DNA of 64,000 nucleotides. Source: Bugula neritina. Its lineage: Eukaryota > Animalia > Bryozoa. Every line of letters starts with the position of its first letter. The stretch's first letter is position 1. The translations under genes and the position numbers were made by a program. This document shows, piece by piece, positions 35,846 to 59,004 of this stretch. The stretch lies in the NCBI GenBank assembly GCA_964035545.1, contig OZ037773.1, positions 3,997,751-4,061,750 of the forward strand, written 5' to 3'. The notes under the pieces were generated by a model that was not told the DNA's origin, did not search any database, and saw only the letters and a list, made by a program, of their open reading frames with translations.

Positions 35846-38538
35846 CTCAATCTGTGGACAGCAGCTATTTCGGGATTTGTCCCCTCATCAGCACAGGACA
35901 GAGTGCCATGGTCCACACCATATACTTATATATATACATAACATAAAGTACATGTAATTTATATTGAGTCTCAAGGTCACATCTGGTGACCTTAAACTAG
36001 AAGTGTCTACTGGTTATCTCTCTTTACCCTAAGTTCAACAGCCACTCTAGTAGTCCATTTAAAAGTTATTAACCCAAATGGTTATTAAACAACTCCATTT
36101 ATTTCAGTATAAGGTGACTAATTATATTATGTTCCAGCTGCTGATTATCTAAATAGCTGCTTTTCGATTGGCTACTTGTGTACTACCTTGAAAGCAAAGA
36201 TCTATTACGTTATCTAGTGACAGCAAATGCAGATGTTAGTCACTCGCCCCGGTATTTGTCCCAGAAAAATAAAAAAGTTGGTCAGGAGTCAGTAAAAGAT
36301 GACTTTTTACCCACTTATGCAAATTACTACACGGAACTAGTGAATTAAAGAGCATGTCTTTTCACTGCATGAACTTAGTCCGGCCAGATTATCAAATTAT
36401 AACTTTGGTAGAATTGATCCAACAGAATCACACAAATTAGTGACAAACTTTGGAAAAATGGCAAAATCTAAAGACTGATTTGTAAAAATAATTGTCATAA
36501 AATTAGTTATCTTTGCTGGTATACTAGTTACCATGGTACTTATACTAAATGGTAATATTTCAGTGGCTAGTTGTATTAGCTAGGAAGGTACATAGTAGCC
36601 TACATGCAGTTTGGTATCCATTAGGCCAATAATGCCAAAAACAATATTTTTACTTTAAACTATTTACTTTCAAGATGAAATGTTGCATGTTGTAACGACA
36701 ATTGAATTCTCCTCTGATATTGAATGGAGCCTATAAGTAGCACCTTAAATTACATTTACCTGCATTGTAAGTCTTGGTGATTATAGACTTATAGCATTTC
36801 TTTCTTTTTACTAAATTAATACAATTTTATTGTGAATACATGACAGTTTTTGTAAATGTTAATAGCATTTGCAAGTTACACTGTTGTATAGTAGCCTAAC
36901 CTATATTCCCTACTTTTATTTCTGCAATAAACTGTATTTAACTTACTAGCTTATTCTGTATTATTCATCTTTACTCATAGAAGTTATCATGATTCATTCA
37001 TTCATTCAGCCCAATTTTACTGTATGCTTGATAATATATTATGTTGGTTATTTACAATAGATAAATAAAGTGCTGCAAGTGTGTTGTGAAACTCTATGGA
37101 CCTTTCACAGATTGGTTAATGGTAAGCATATTTGACCAATTATAGAGAGTAGGAAATTTCCACCATTGACTGAAATGCATACATTTTACCTTAACATGCT
37201 TTTAGTCAGTTTAAAGAGAAACTTCTGTATGAAAGCTTGTATTCTACTAATAACAAGCAAAGAAAGCAAGGGTTAGTAATATATCTTAACATGTAAATTT
37301 ATAAAAGATGTTTAATCACCACTATAATATTTTTATTATTAGTAATATTTTAGACTAATACTAATTGTAAAAGTAATTTATTGCCTCAATTAAAATTATG
37401 TTAACTCATGAGTTTATAGAGACCATCTCTGTAAGAACCTCTGATAAAAAGGGTGCTTTCAATTGGGCTAAGGACTTATTTGCTGTTGTAGTAAGAGAAA
37501 AATTGTGACTGAATGCCCTTCCTATAAACATCACCAAAATCCTTAGCTGTAAGAGATTCAGATTATTGACTTTGTGCTCAATAAGTTTGTGCTCAATAAC
37601 TAGTACTAACAAACCAATGCTGATCACTCAGATTCATATGCTATAGCAGGAACTATTTTTTATTGAAGCTCTTGATTAGTCTCAAATAAAAAAGACGATA
37701 CTTGTAGCTCTATTTATGTAAAAAGTGGAGCTGGTGTAATTTATCGTTCTCATTTTGATCACTCTATGCCCTATGGTGTTGTTAAGTAGACTTTAAATCT
37801 ACCAAAATATGGAAATATAGAATAATCAATAATGTAAAGTATAATAAAAATAAAAATATATAAACTTATATAGTAAAAATTGTATGCTATCCTCAAGCTT
37901 ATTACAATTATATCTTTATATTTTAATACAATTATAATGGTATTGTGTTAGTTTTGCATAAAAAAACCAATAAACTACGCTACGTTAGTTTGAATATTAA
38001 TATGAAGAGTTGAAAGTTACCTCAGCTTTCACCAGTAACAGCAAGTTTTCATATATCTAGCTCAGATAGAAATTCTTGTGCAATACTTTTGGTAGTCATC
38101 CACATTTATTTTTAAATAAGTTTTAGTCATTTACAAAATATTTGTCCTGAAAAAATGGATTATTTTAAAATTATTTCAATTTCCATTTCAAGTATTGGCC
38201 TTGATAAATGTTATTTTCATAATATTATACTTACACGGTGTAGTGTTTAAAATATTTCCAGCATGCAAAGAATTGTTTATTACTACAGCATGAATTGGGT
38301 GATGATCAATAATATGATGTCATGTTTCATATAGGCTATATATGTATAAGATATAGATTGACAAAGAGAAATATAGTCGTAACCTTTTAAAGAATAAAAT
38401 CTTTTCAGCATAAATATGATACCTGTAACTAACACAACATAAAAAACTGTAACAATTATTTCAGGATAATATTTAGATATCTACATTTTTAAAGTCCTTC
38501 AAGTCAGTCTTGAGAATTTGGCTCCAACTATATTTATA

Positions 38539-41500
38539 ATGAGTTTAGTAGACTTTGCATCTGGATGTTTGGGAGGTAAGGTATACCTCTATACTCTATA
38601 CTATACATTTAGGTGCAATAGTGGAGAAATTGAGATAGCCTAAGTTCTTTAAATTTCTTCATAAATTTTGGTTTGGGGTGCAGATTGAAGTTCTTTTGAA
38701 AACATAACTTTTTTTGCTACATTTCTAATCTAGAACACGAGCTTTTCTCAATTTCTCCATTACTGCACCTATGTGCCCCCTCAAAGCTCTGTGTTTGTAA
38801 GGAGGGTAGGAGGTAAGGGTTAATTGCTACACTTCAGTCTTTCTCATGCTGTTCTGAATTTTGAAGAAGCATTCTTTGACAACTTTTATTTTAAGTTTCT
38901 TCACGCAGTCCTTATACCAAACTATATAATTATAGGGCATAGGCAAATCATTGTAACCGTTTATTATAATTAATTATATCCATAAGCTAGCTATGATTCA
39001 AATGCCATCAGAAAGGGCCCTGTTTTAACAATCCTTTGCTGTTTCAAAATCAGTCAACTCCCACCAGGATGTAATATAGAAACAACAGAAAAGTCACTTA
39101 AGTATTGTATCTATTAACTGAGTCTTACAACTTATGTGAGTGTTGTGACAAATGGATATATATGCATAGTAAAACTGCATTTTAAAGTTTAGCTTTATCT
39201 CGCTGTGATAATATAATGTATGTTATACAGTTGAACTAGCTACTCCAACAGGATAGAGTGGTGATAAGTGGGGATATTATGAAAATTGAAATGCATGTGG
39301 CCTTGCTCAAGTTTTAGCTCAGTTCTTAGAGAATTTCTAGTTGCAATTCACCAGCAACTTTGAATGTGAACTGGTACATACATTTGATTTAAACAATTTT
39401 TGAGATAAATTATGAAAAGAAACAAGTTTTCACATAAATATTCATTTGGTACACCTTTGGAGCTTCAACTAAGTTAGACTGCAGTCTGTACGTGTTAGAA
39501 GTATTTCATGTTTTCAAATGTAGATTCATTTACTTGTAGGCGTGGCCAATGTGGTGGTTGGCCATCCATTTGACACAGTAAAGGTAAAGCAGCTAATCCT
39601 GTTTATTTATTTTTCGATACATTCGTCTTTTGTAAATATGCTATTATATGTAGCATAGGTGTATATACGCTTATGCTATGTATAATAGCATATTTATAAA
39701 AGATAATACTACTATCGCTACAGCGACTTCCATACATCCACCCAGTCTTCTATAAAGGACCATTAGGTCTTCCGTTTATTGTTAAATTTCTATTACATTT
39801 AGAAGTACATTATATACTACATTCTACTACAACTTGTAAGAAAACATCTGATTGTGTATAAGGGTTGTGAGCATTGTGTGATGTTACTCAGGTCAGGTTT
39901 CAGCAGTCAAACTCTACCCATAGAAGAACGTTGAGATGCTTTACTTCTATAGTGCAACAGGAGACTGTGAGAGGACTGTACAAAGGTACCGTCTACAATA
40001 TACTCTCCCAATTATTCACCGGCTGCTACTCAAGAAGAATTGATTATTTCAACGTACTATGCATCTTAAAACTCGAAGTAGCAGTATTAGCTTAATTATT
40101 GAAAGCATTAGGGTGTATCTTATAAATTGACAATGCAGCTATTTGCATATGAAGTCAAGGTCATCTTACAGATTGGTAGTAACTTGCAACTAGTATTTAT
40201 ATTAGGCAAAATATTTGCGAAACTTTGATTCCTTTTTTTCAAGTGGAAAGTGCGTTGCCTAATTATTTATAGCAACCACTTTGTTTTCATTACTTTGCAT
40301 TGTGGGAATGACTGATACTGGTACGGATGAATTTGTGGTTGTGGTTGGTGGTTTCATTTAATGCAACTGTTTCCAAACATTAAAAAAAAGTTCATTCACA
40401 TAAATCGAAACATGGAAACGTGGTGAATAAGTAATATAATGATATTTTTATTCTGATGAGTAATTTGATACAATTCAGGAGTTACTTCCCCTCTGTACTC
40501 ACTGGCAGCAATCAATGCCATCTTATTTGGTGTTCAGGGAAACATTCTGAGAAAGATGCATGATCCAAATGCTTTGTCTTCTCACTTCACTGCTGGTGCT
40601 ATGGCTGGTAAGTTGGTATAACCAGCTGTTATTCTATTACTATTTCTATTACTTAGGTCATGTGATCAAGTCATGTGATTGTAAATCAATACCAACTTTA
40701 ACATGCCCTTCCCATTTCCATCAGTGAAGTTGTGTGGGTGAATAGTCACTCCTTTCATGAGAGATTATATTTTAAGGAATCAGAGGCAATATATCAAAGT
40801 GTAGTTAGGGAACAATTAAAAGCATCTATACTCAGTACAGTGGCTATGATCTGCAGCTTTTTCATCTGGACATATTCCCAGAGGCCGTAACAAAAGACCT
40901 CGCTGAGAGCCATTTCAGCCAGCTAATAGCTGCGTGCACTATAGCTGTGAAATGTAGTAGCTGTACTATATAGCTGTGATAGCCTATATTGCTGTAATCT
41001 TATATAGCCACACTATATGGTAGTACTGTATAGAAAGTTGCAATATAGCTGATGTAGCTTGAATTGGAAATTTTCAAAATGAGTAACCCATTTGGAAATT
41101 TCAATAGGAGTAAAAGTTCATTACATCATTCCATGTGCATTTTTAGTAAACAATTAGCACATCAAAATAAAATATTGAGTAAATTGAACTATTTCTATTA
41201 TTCAGTGTTTACAATTTCTTAAAGGATGTAATCTTCACACTCATGAGTTTCTTGTTATTGTTTGTGTACAGCTTTGTCATACAGTACAGTGGTTTCCTAA
41301 TGCGTACAGCATAAAGTCCTTCTACCCTATACCAAGTCCTTCTACTCTATGCTAAGTCTCTCTACTCTATACTAAGTCCCTCTATACTCAATACTAAATC
41401 CCTATAATCTAACCAAGTCCTTCTACTCTATACTAAAATGTTCTACTATGTACTAAGTCCCTCTACTTTATGCTAAGTCCCTCTACTTTATATTAATTTC

Positions 41501-44456
41501 CTCTACCATGCCGCAGGTCACAAAGCTGCTTTTTAACTTGTGATGGTATTTACTGCAACATAGTAAAAAGGTTTTACTAAATTACTTGGGACATCTAACA
41601 ATGTAGAACTACTTTACTTGTGTCAGGGTTCCTACAATGTGGTATAAGCTGTCCTATGGAACTAGCTAAGATAAAGCTGCAGGTTCAGGGGGAAGGTCTA
41701 AAGTACGGCAGCGTAAAAAGCATCGACTATACTGGCAGCATCGAATGTCTCAGAAAGATTTACAATATGGAGGGCTTGCGTGGAGTCTGTAGAGGTTAGT
41801 TTTCATACGATATTTAAAGTATTATAATGAAGTTGGATGTTTATTTATTTGATCGAATTCATTAGTTTAGAAGTAACCTACAATTATTTCTCACTCATTA
41901 CACTCCGAGGGGTAGCACGAATTTTTTTTAGAAATGGAGAGTTTTGAGGGTCCTGATTAATTTGTGAAAACTCTAGAGTGTTCTGTGCACCCAGTTTTAT
42001 CCCCCCCCACCATAAACTCTATTCTTGTAGTACACAGATCCATAAACTGAATAACATAAATATCTCTTCTGCAATCTAATGATATATTGAATCGCTTAAT
42101 GAAGAAATATTTTAAACATTTTGTTGGTCTCCATTATATTTTTGAAGTCTTCAAGAGCTTCAAATCGAGTTGGCGGTCTGTGCTTGCATTTCAGGAAATT
42201 TTAGTGCTTTTAAACACTTTAAAACTATGCTTTGGAAATAAACTATACACATGCAATCATTAAATTAAAGTAAAAGAATTGCATACCTTATCATATCTTT
42301 TGTTTCCTAAAAATCAATATTAAAAGAAACTTATGAAAAATATTATTATAATGCATTAAAAAAAGTTCAGCTTTTACATGTTATTCTATTATAGGCATGG
42401 TTTCCACCATATTGAGAGATGCACCCGCTTTCGGATTTTATTTCCTCACATATGAATATGTTTGCCGGAAAATGGCCAAAGATGTAAGTTTCATCAGGCT
42501 TAGCTGCCATTTGTTCTTTATTGATATGCAGTAACGAAATAGTTCAAACAGCTTAAGTTTTTACTTAACTTAGGTTTGGGGCACTTAATTGTTGAAATTT
42601 TGTATATATGTATGTGTGCAATAATATACACCGTGGCATACATAACGTACACCATGGCACATGTAATATACACTATGATATACGTAATATACACCATGGC
42701 ATAGGTAATATATATCATGACATACATAATATACACCAGGACATACGTAATATATACCATGGCATACGTAATATACACCATGACATACGTAATATACACC
42801 ATGGCATACGTAATATATATTGTGACATACGTAATATACACCAGGACATACGTAATATACACCATGATATACATAATATACACCATGACATACGTAATAT
42901 ATACCATGGCATACATAATATACACCATGACATACGTAATATATACCATGGCATACATAATATACACCATGACATACATAATATACACCAGGATATACAT
43001 AATATACATCAGGATATGCATAATATACACCAGGATATACATAATATACACCATCACATACATAATGTACACCATGGCATACATAATATACACCATGACA
43101 TACATAATATACACCATGACATACGTAATATACACCAGGACATACGTAATATATACCATGACATACGTAATATACACCATGACATACGTAATATACACCA
43201 GGACATACGTAATATATACCATGACATACATAATATACACTATAAACTTGTTATAAAGCAAGAAGGAGAATCTCCCACAAGAACCCTCCTCCTAGCTGGA
43301 GGTCTGGCCGGATGTGTCTCCTGGATAAGTACGTACCCTGCAGACGTTATCAAGACCAGAATGCAGGAAGATGGGGTCATTCAGAAAGGTGAGCACCTTT
43401 ATCATTATTTTCTTGCTTACAAAACAGACAGATGATATTTATATTGATTAAATTAAATGTAAACTGTAGACTTTCATTATCTCATCTGTACAATTATTTT
43501 CTTATAGATCATGTTTATTATTAAGACAGATTAATATAGTCAATCATTTATATCCTGTCTATCTATTGTCTATAAACCATCTTATAGGCTGACTTTGTAT
43601 GCTATTTAAATGTTGTCTAAATATTTTCTATGAAATAGGCAGACTTGCATACAGATTCAATGGCTACTCGGACTGCATAAGAGCTGCGACAATCTCTGAT
43701 GGCTACGGAGTCTATTTTAGAGGCCTCAATGCTACGCTTCTGAGAGCGTTCCCGACAAATGCTGCCACTTTTGCTGTAGGTCCTTACTCTATAAATTTCA
43801 TAATGCTGTTTTCTGTTATTTACATACAGATTAGCGGAGAACATATCCAAGCTGAGTATAAATTACATATCTACTTGCAAAACTTATAAGTTTGAAGCAT
43901 CAAATGTATTCCGTAACAATCAGCATCATGTCTAAAGAATTCCCAAGAACGCTGCGTATTATATATAGTCTATACAACTAAAAATATAGTTTTATTTCAA
44001 AGACAAGGCACACATGAGCAAAATGGATACAAATACTACCAAAAATTCATTCACCTCATTTTGCAGTAGTTGAGCTAAGCATCTTTGTTTCTGTTTTATA
44101 GAAGTTATTTGCAGCAAAAAATATTTACCTGCAAATAGGCAATAAATTAACATTGATTGCATAAAAAGTTAAAAAGAAGCAAAACCTGCACCCTCTGTAT
44201 TGTATAACATGGTTGGAGTAAAACTCCTTTATTGGCTTAATGATTGATTAGATAAAGTTATATGAGCAGAATTCATGTAATAGCATTTGTTTTTACCTAG
44301 CGAGTTTGCCATGGATATATTGTTCCAAATGATTGCTTTCTCACCCCCCCCCTGCATTAGTGTCAGTGTTTATTCCATGACTAATTTAGTTGTCTTCTCT
44401 TTTAGGTTGTAGGGCTGAGCTTGCGATATCTAAACCCTTACTTTACCAAAGAATAG
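38539..44456 (+). CDS. SLC25A29: SLC25A29-like carrier, copy B (~292 aa)
   Basis: Exons 38539-38575, 39540-39583, 39892-39985, 40479-40607, 41627-41794, 42395-42483, 43259-43388, 43639-43775 and 44406-44456. Exons 1-8 match copy A in size; the frame is open and ends ...LRYLNPYFTKE*. Confidence 0.9.
38612..38769. mobile_element. Small MITE with TA flanks (Tc1/mariner-like)
   Basis: ~24-bp TIRs GGTGCAATAGTGGAGAAATTGAGA / TCTCAATTTCTCCATTACTGCACC flanked by TA; absent from the paralogous intron of copy C. Confidence 0.7.
42620..43240. repeat. 21-bp minisatellite (catacgtaatatacaccatga), ~29 copies
   Basis: Located in intron 6 of copy B; a shorter paralogous array lies at ~54570-54760 in copy C. 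Confidence 0.93.
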
Positions 44457-45199
44457 TGACACTAGGAATTTCATTTACATTCTTTGTCTTTGCCATAAGA
44501 TTTTGCCAATTTTATTTTTATATAAAAGTATTTTATAATCTAGACTGTTATTTACTATTATTTTGTTTTAGGGTTTTAGTTTTTCATTTTTAGTTTTGTG
44601 ATAAGTTTCTGTCGGTGATATAATCCCTTTAGTGCCAAAAAGTCTTTAAATTGCAATTTATTTACCTCTAATTTTATTTACTTTTTTGTGCAAAATTTTG
44701 ACTTTCAAGATAACTATATCGTTTTATCGGTTTGTTCAAATGAGAGAAAATTGATTACCACTGAACTAGTAATAATGGAATCAATTATATGAACCTGCTC
44801 TTGGTGGTTATTTTTGATTTAAAAATTAATACATTACTATGTTAGCTGTTTTTAGTTCTCATATTGAAATTTTATTTAGCTTTTAAAAAATTAGACGAAC
44901 TTTTATTCCTGAAAAATCTCAAACTGTTTTCAAGTATATCAACTAAAATTAACAAGTTAAAATACCTAACAAGGTTAACACAACACACACAGAAAGCTAA
45001 TATATAATATAATTGTATAGGCTACAATGGAATTGCATATAATATAAACACTTACAAGACAATATATTATTAAATGTAATATAGTCACATACAGGGCATT
45101 GAAATACATATACCACTGTTTGTTTTGCACTTGCACATGGCAGAGGAAATAAATATATAATGTATTACCATGTAGGGGATGTGTTGTTTATATATAGTT

Positions 45200-45331
<132 letters not shown>

Positions 45332-45393
45332 CCATCTAGGCCTATATATGTGTGTGCGTAACTGAAGCCTTCATCATATTGTAAGCATTTTAG

Positions 45394-45516
45394 GAGTTAC
45401 TTCCCCTCTCTTTTCTCTCACAGCTATCAATGCTGTATTGTTTGGTGTCCAGGGAAACATGCTGAAGACAATGGAGAATCCTGATACTTTATTTTCTCAT
45501 TTCATTGCTGGGGCTA
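45394..45516 (+). pseudogene. Orphan, truncated exon 4 of a copy-D-type carrier gene
   Basis: [41 protein letters not shown], preceded by copy D intron-3 sequence; cut before its donor site. Confidence 0.85.
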
Positions 45517-47165
45517 GTAGCCTATATGCAGTTTGGTATCCATTAGGCCAATAATGCCAAAAACAATATTTTCACTTTAAACCATTTATTTTCAAGGTGA
45601 AATGTTGCATGTTGTAACATCAATTAGAATTCTTCTCAGGTAATGAATAGTGCACTTGATAATAATATGTTAGTTATTTCGATGCATGAATAAAGTGCTG
45701 CAAGGGTGTTTTGAAACTCTATGGGCCTTTCACAGATTGGTTAATGGTAGGCATATTTGACCAATTATAGAGAGTAGGAAATTTCCACCATTGGTTGAAA
45801 TGCATACATTTTACATTAACATGCTTTTAGTCAGTTTATAGAGAAACTTCTGTATGAAAACTTGTATTTTACTAATACCAAGCCAAGAAAACAAGGGTCA
45901 GTAATATATCTTAACATGTAAATTTATAAAATATGTTTAATCATCATTAGCACTTTATTGTTAAAATGTTTTTAAACTAATACTAAATTTTGTAAAAGTA
46001 ATTTTGCCTCAATTAAGCTCATGTTAACTCACATGGGTTTATAGTCACTATCTCTGTGAGAACCCCTAATGAAAAGGATTCTCTGAAGCAGGTTATAAGA
46101 ACTCATTTTCTACTGTGGCAAAAGAGAAGTTTTGACTGAATGCTCTTCCTAGCACCACTAATGGCCTTTACTGGTGTTCAAACCACTGGCCTTGTGTTCA
46201 CTAAGCTGGTGCTCTAACTACTAGTGTCTAGACTCTAGAACCTAGACCATAGCTGATCACTCATATGCTAACAGTAACTACAGAAAGATTGCTTGATTGT
46301 AGGTATTTCTCATGTAAAAATTTGAGCTAGTATAGTTTATCATTTTTATTTTGAGACTCTATGAGTATGGTGTTTTGTATTTGAGCGGAATTTAAATTAA
46401 AATATACCATCCTATGTATAAATATTGAATAATCAACATGGTATATTAATATATGTGAGTTCAAAGTAATAAAAATACAAAAGACATATAAACTTACAGG
46501 GAAAAAATTCATTATGTCCTCAAGCTTGCAAGAATTACCCTCTATTTTTCATTTTATGATAATGTGTTGGTATATTGCATAAAAAGCAAGAAACTCAACT
46601 ACTTCAGTTTGAATAATAATATGAGTAGTTAAAAGTAACCTCAGCTTTCAACAGTAACAATTTGAGCAGGCTTTCCATACATCTCACCGAGATAAAATTT
46701 GAACTGCAACTTTTTGTGCAAATCTTTTGGTAGTCATCCACATTTATTTTTTTAGTAATTTCTTTTCATTTCCAAGACACTTATTTTGAAGAAACAAATT
46801 ATATTGAAATTATTTCAACTTCCATTTCAAATTTTGGCTTTGACAAGCCTTATTTTCACAATAAAATTTACACTGTATAGTGTTTTAAATATTTACAGCA
46901 TGCAATTTAGAGTTTTTTGTTATTGCAGCATGAATCAACAACAATATGATATCATGTTTCATATAGGCTATATATAAGATGTAGATCGCTAAATAGGGAT
47001 ATAGTTTTTGCACTTCACTAAGTAAAGTCTCTTGAGCATGAATATAATACCTGCATCTAACACATACAACACTGTACCTACTGAATATTTCAGGCTGAAA
47101 ATTAAAGATTTACACTTTCAAAGTCTTGGAACTACTCTGAGAACCTGTCACCAACTTTCCTTATA

Positions 47166-57168
<10,003 letters not shown>

Positions 57169-59004
57169 TGACACTAAGAATTTAATTTAAATTCTTTGTC
57201 TTTGCCATAAGATTTTGCCAATTTTATTTTTATATAAAAGTATTTTATAATCTAGACTGTTAATTACCTGTTTTAGGGTTTTAGTCTTGCATTTTTTAGT
57301 TTTGTGATAAGTTTTTGTCGGTGATATAAACTCTTTAGTGCCAAAAAGTATTTCAACTGCAATTTATTTACATCTAATTTTATTTACTTGTTTTATGCAA
57401 CATTTTGACTTTCAAGATAATTACATAATTCTATTGCTTTGTTCAAGCAAGAGCAAATTGATTATCACTGAACAAGTAATTATATGAACAGGTCTGTTCT
57501 TCGTGGTTATTCTTGCTTTAAAAATTAATAGATTACTATGTTAGCTGTTTTTAGTTCTTATATTAAAATTTTATTTAGCTTTTAATAAAATAAACGGACT
57601 TTTATTCTCCAAAAATCTCAAACTGTTTTTAAGTATATCAACTAAAAATAATCATTTATAAATACCTAACAAGGTTAACACAACACACACAGAAAGCTAA
57701 TATATTATATAATTGTATAGGCTACAATGGAATTGCATATAATATAAACACTTACAAGACAGTCATATATCATATTATATTCGCGTACAAGGCATTGAAA
57801 TACATATACCACTGTTTGTTTTGCGCTTGCACATGACAGAGGAAATTAATATATGATGTATATTACCACGTAGGGATGCGTTGTTTATATATGGCTATAT
57901 ATACATGTACTGCAAAGAGCTGTTAGGGAAAAGCTATTGACTGTGCTAATTTTAAACTCAGTACACCATAATATTTAATGTAGCTCAGAATCCTAAGGGT
58001 GTTGGAAAAGTTATAAATTTAGCTCATAATTTTAACATGTTAATAATAGATATACCTATAACCTTTAGCTTACTTTTCATACAAACTATAGTCTATTTCT
58101 TTTGTGTGTTCAACCAGCAGCTCAAGGATAAGTAAATGTGTCCTTGAATTAACATTGTTTACTGACTCAGTGCCTTTTATGCTAGGAAATCACCTAACCA
58201 AACAAACCACCAAAGTTATCTCTAATCTTTTGAAATTGATTAATTTATGTACATTGATACAACATGTAATTATCCTCAAAGTGCATTAAGTAGAGTGAAT
58301 CTAACAGCCACTAGTACACGCGCTGTGCTACTCCCTAGTGAGTGTAACAAGTTTTATATTTACACTCTTTACAAAAACTTGTTATTCCAGGAAAAGCTAT
58401 GACCCACTATTCTACGTGTTGCTTTATGTAAGACTGGGAGAGGCTATCGTAAGTCAAGTACAGTTTAACCTACACTATTTAATTTTTCTGTATTATATGA
58501 GTTGCATACAATGTAATTTTAATGTTAGTGTGGTGTATGATAAATAGAGCATGAGCTACATGCAACATATTCTATTATAACTTACCTGCAGTATAATTAG
58601 AATACCACAATTGAAATGAGCTGCAAAATGAACAACATAATAGCTAGTGTGTAGATCCCACCTCACTCTCTTTTTCCTTTTCTCCACTCCCCCTTTCTCT
58701 TTTTCTCTAAACTCTCTCTCTAACTCCTCTCTCTACTCTCCCTTCTCCACCCGCTTCTCCCTTTCCCTCCTCAACCCTCCCTTCTCCCTTTCCCTAACCA
58801 ATTATTCAACTCTTGCTTCTTTTCCTTCTTTCTTTTAGTTTTATGAGAGTGACATGGAATTGTGCTCATTTTACTTAGGAATATAATAAGCAATCATCAC
58901 AGCTTTGTATATTTTGTACTTTGTTAGGTCTAAATCTGAACCTTGTATTCAATACTTTGTAAAGAGATCTGAGAATCCTGCCACATCCTACAACTTTATT
59001 TATA

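Noticed and set aside
42608-43435. His-rich 275-aa ORF running in frame into carrier B exon 7
   Set aside because: It is a reading of the 21-bp intronic repeat. Intron 6 has an early in-frame stop, and copy C lacks the long array.
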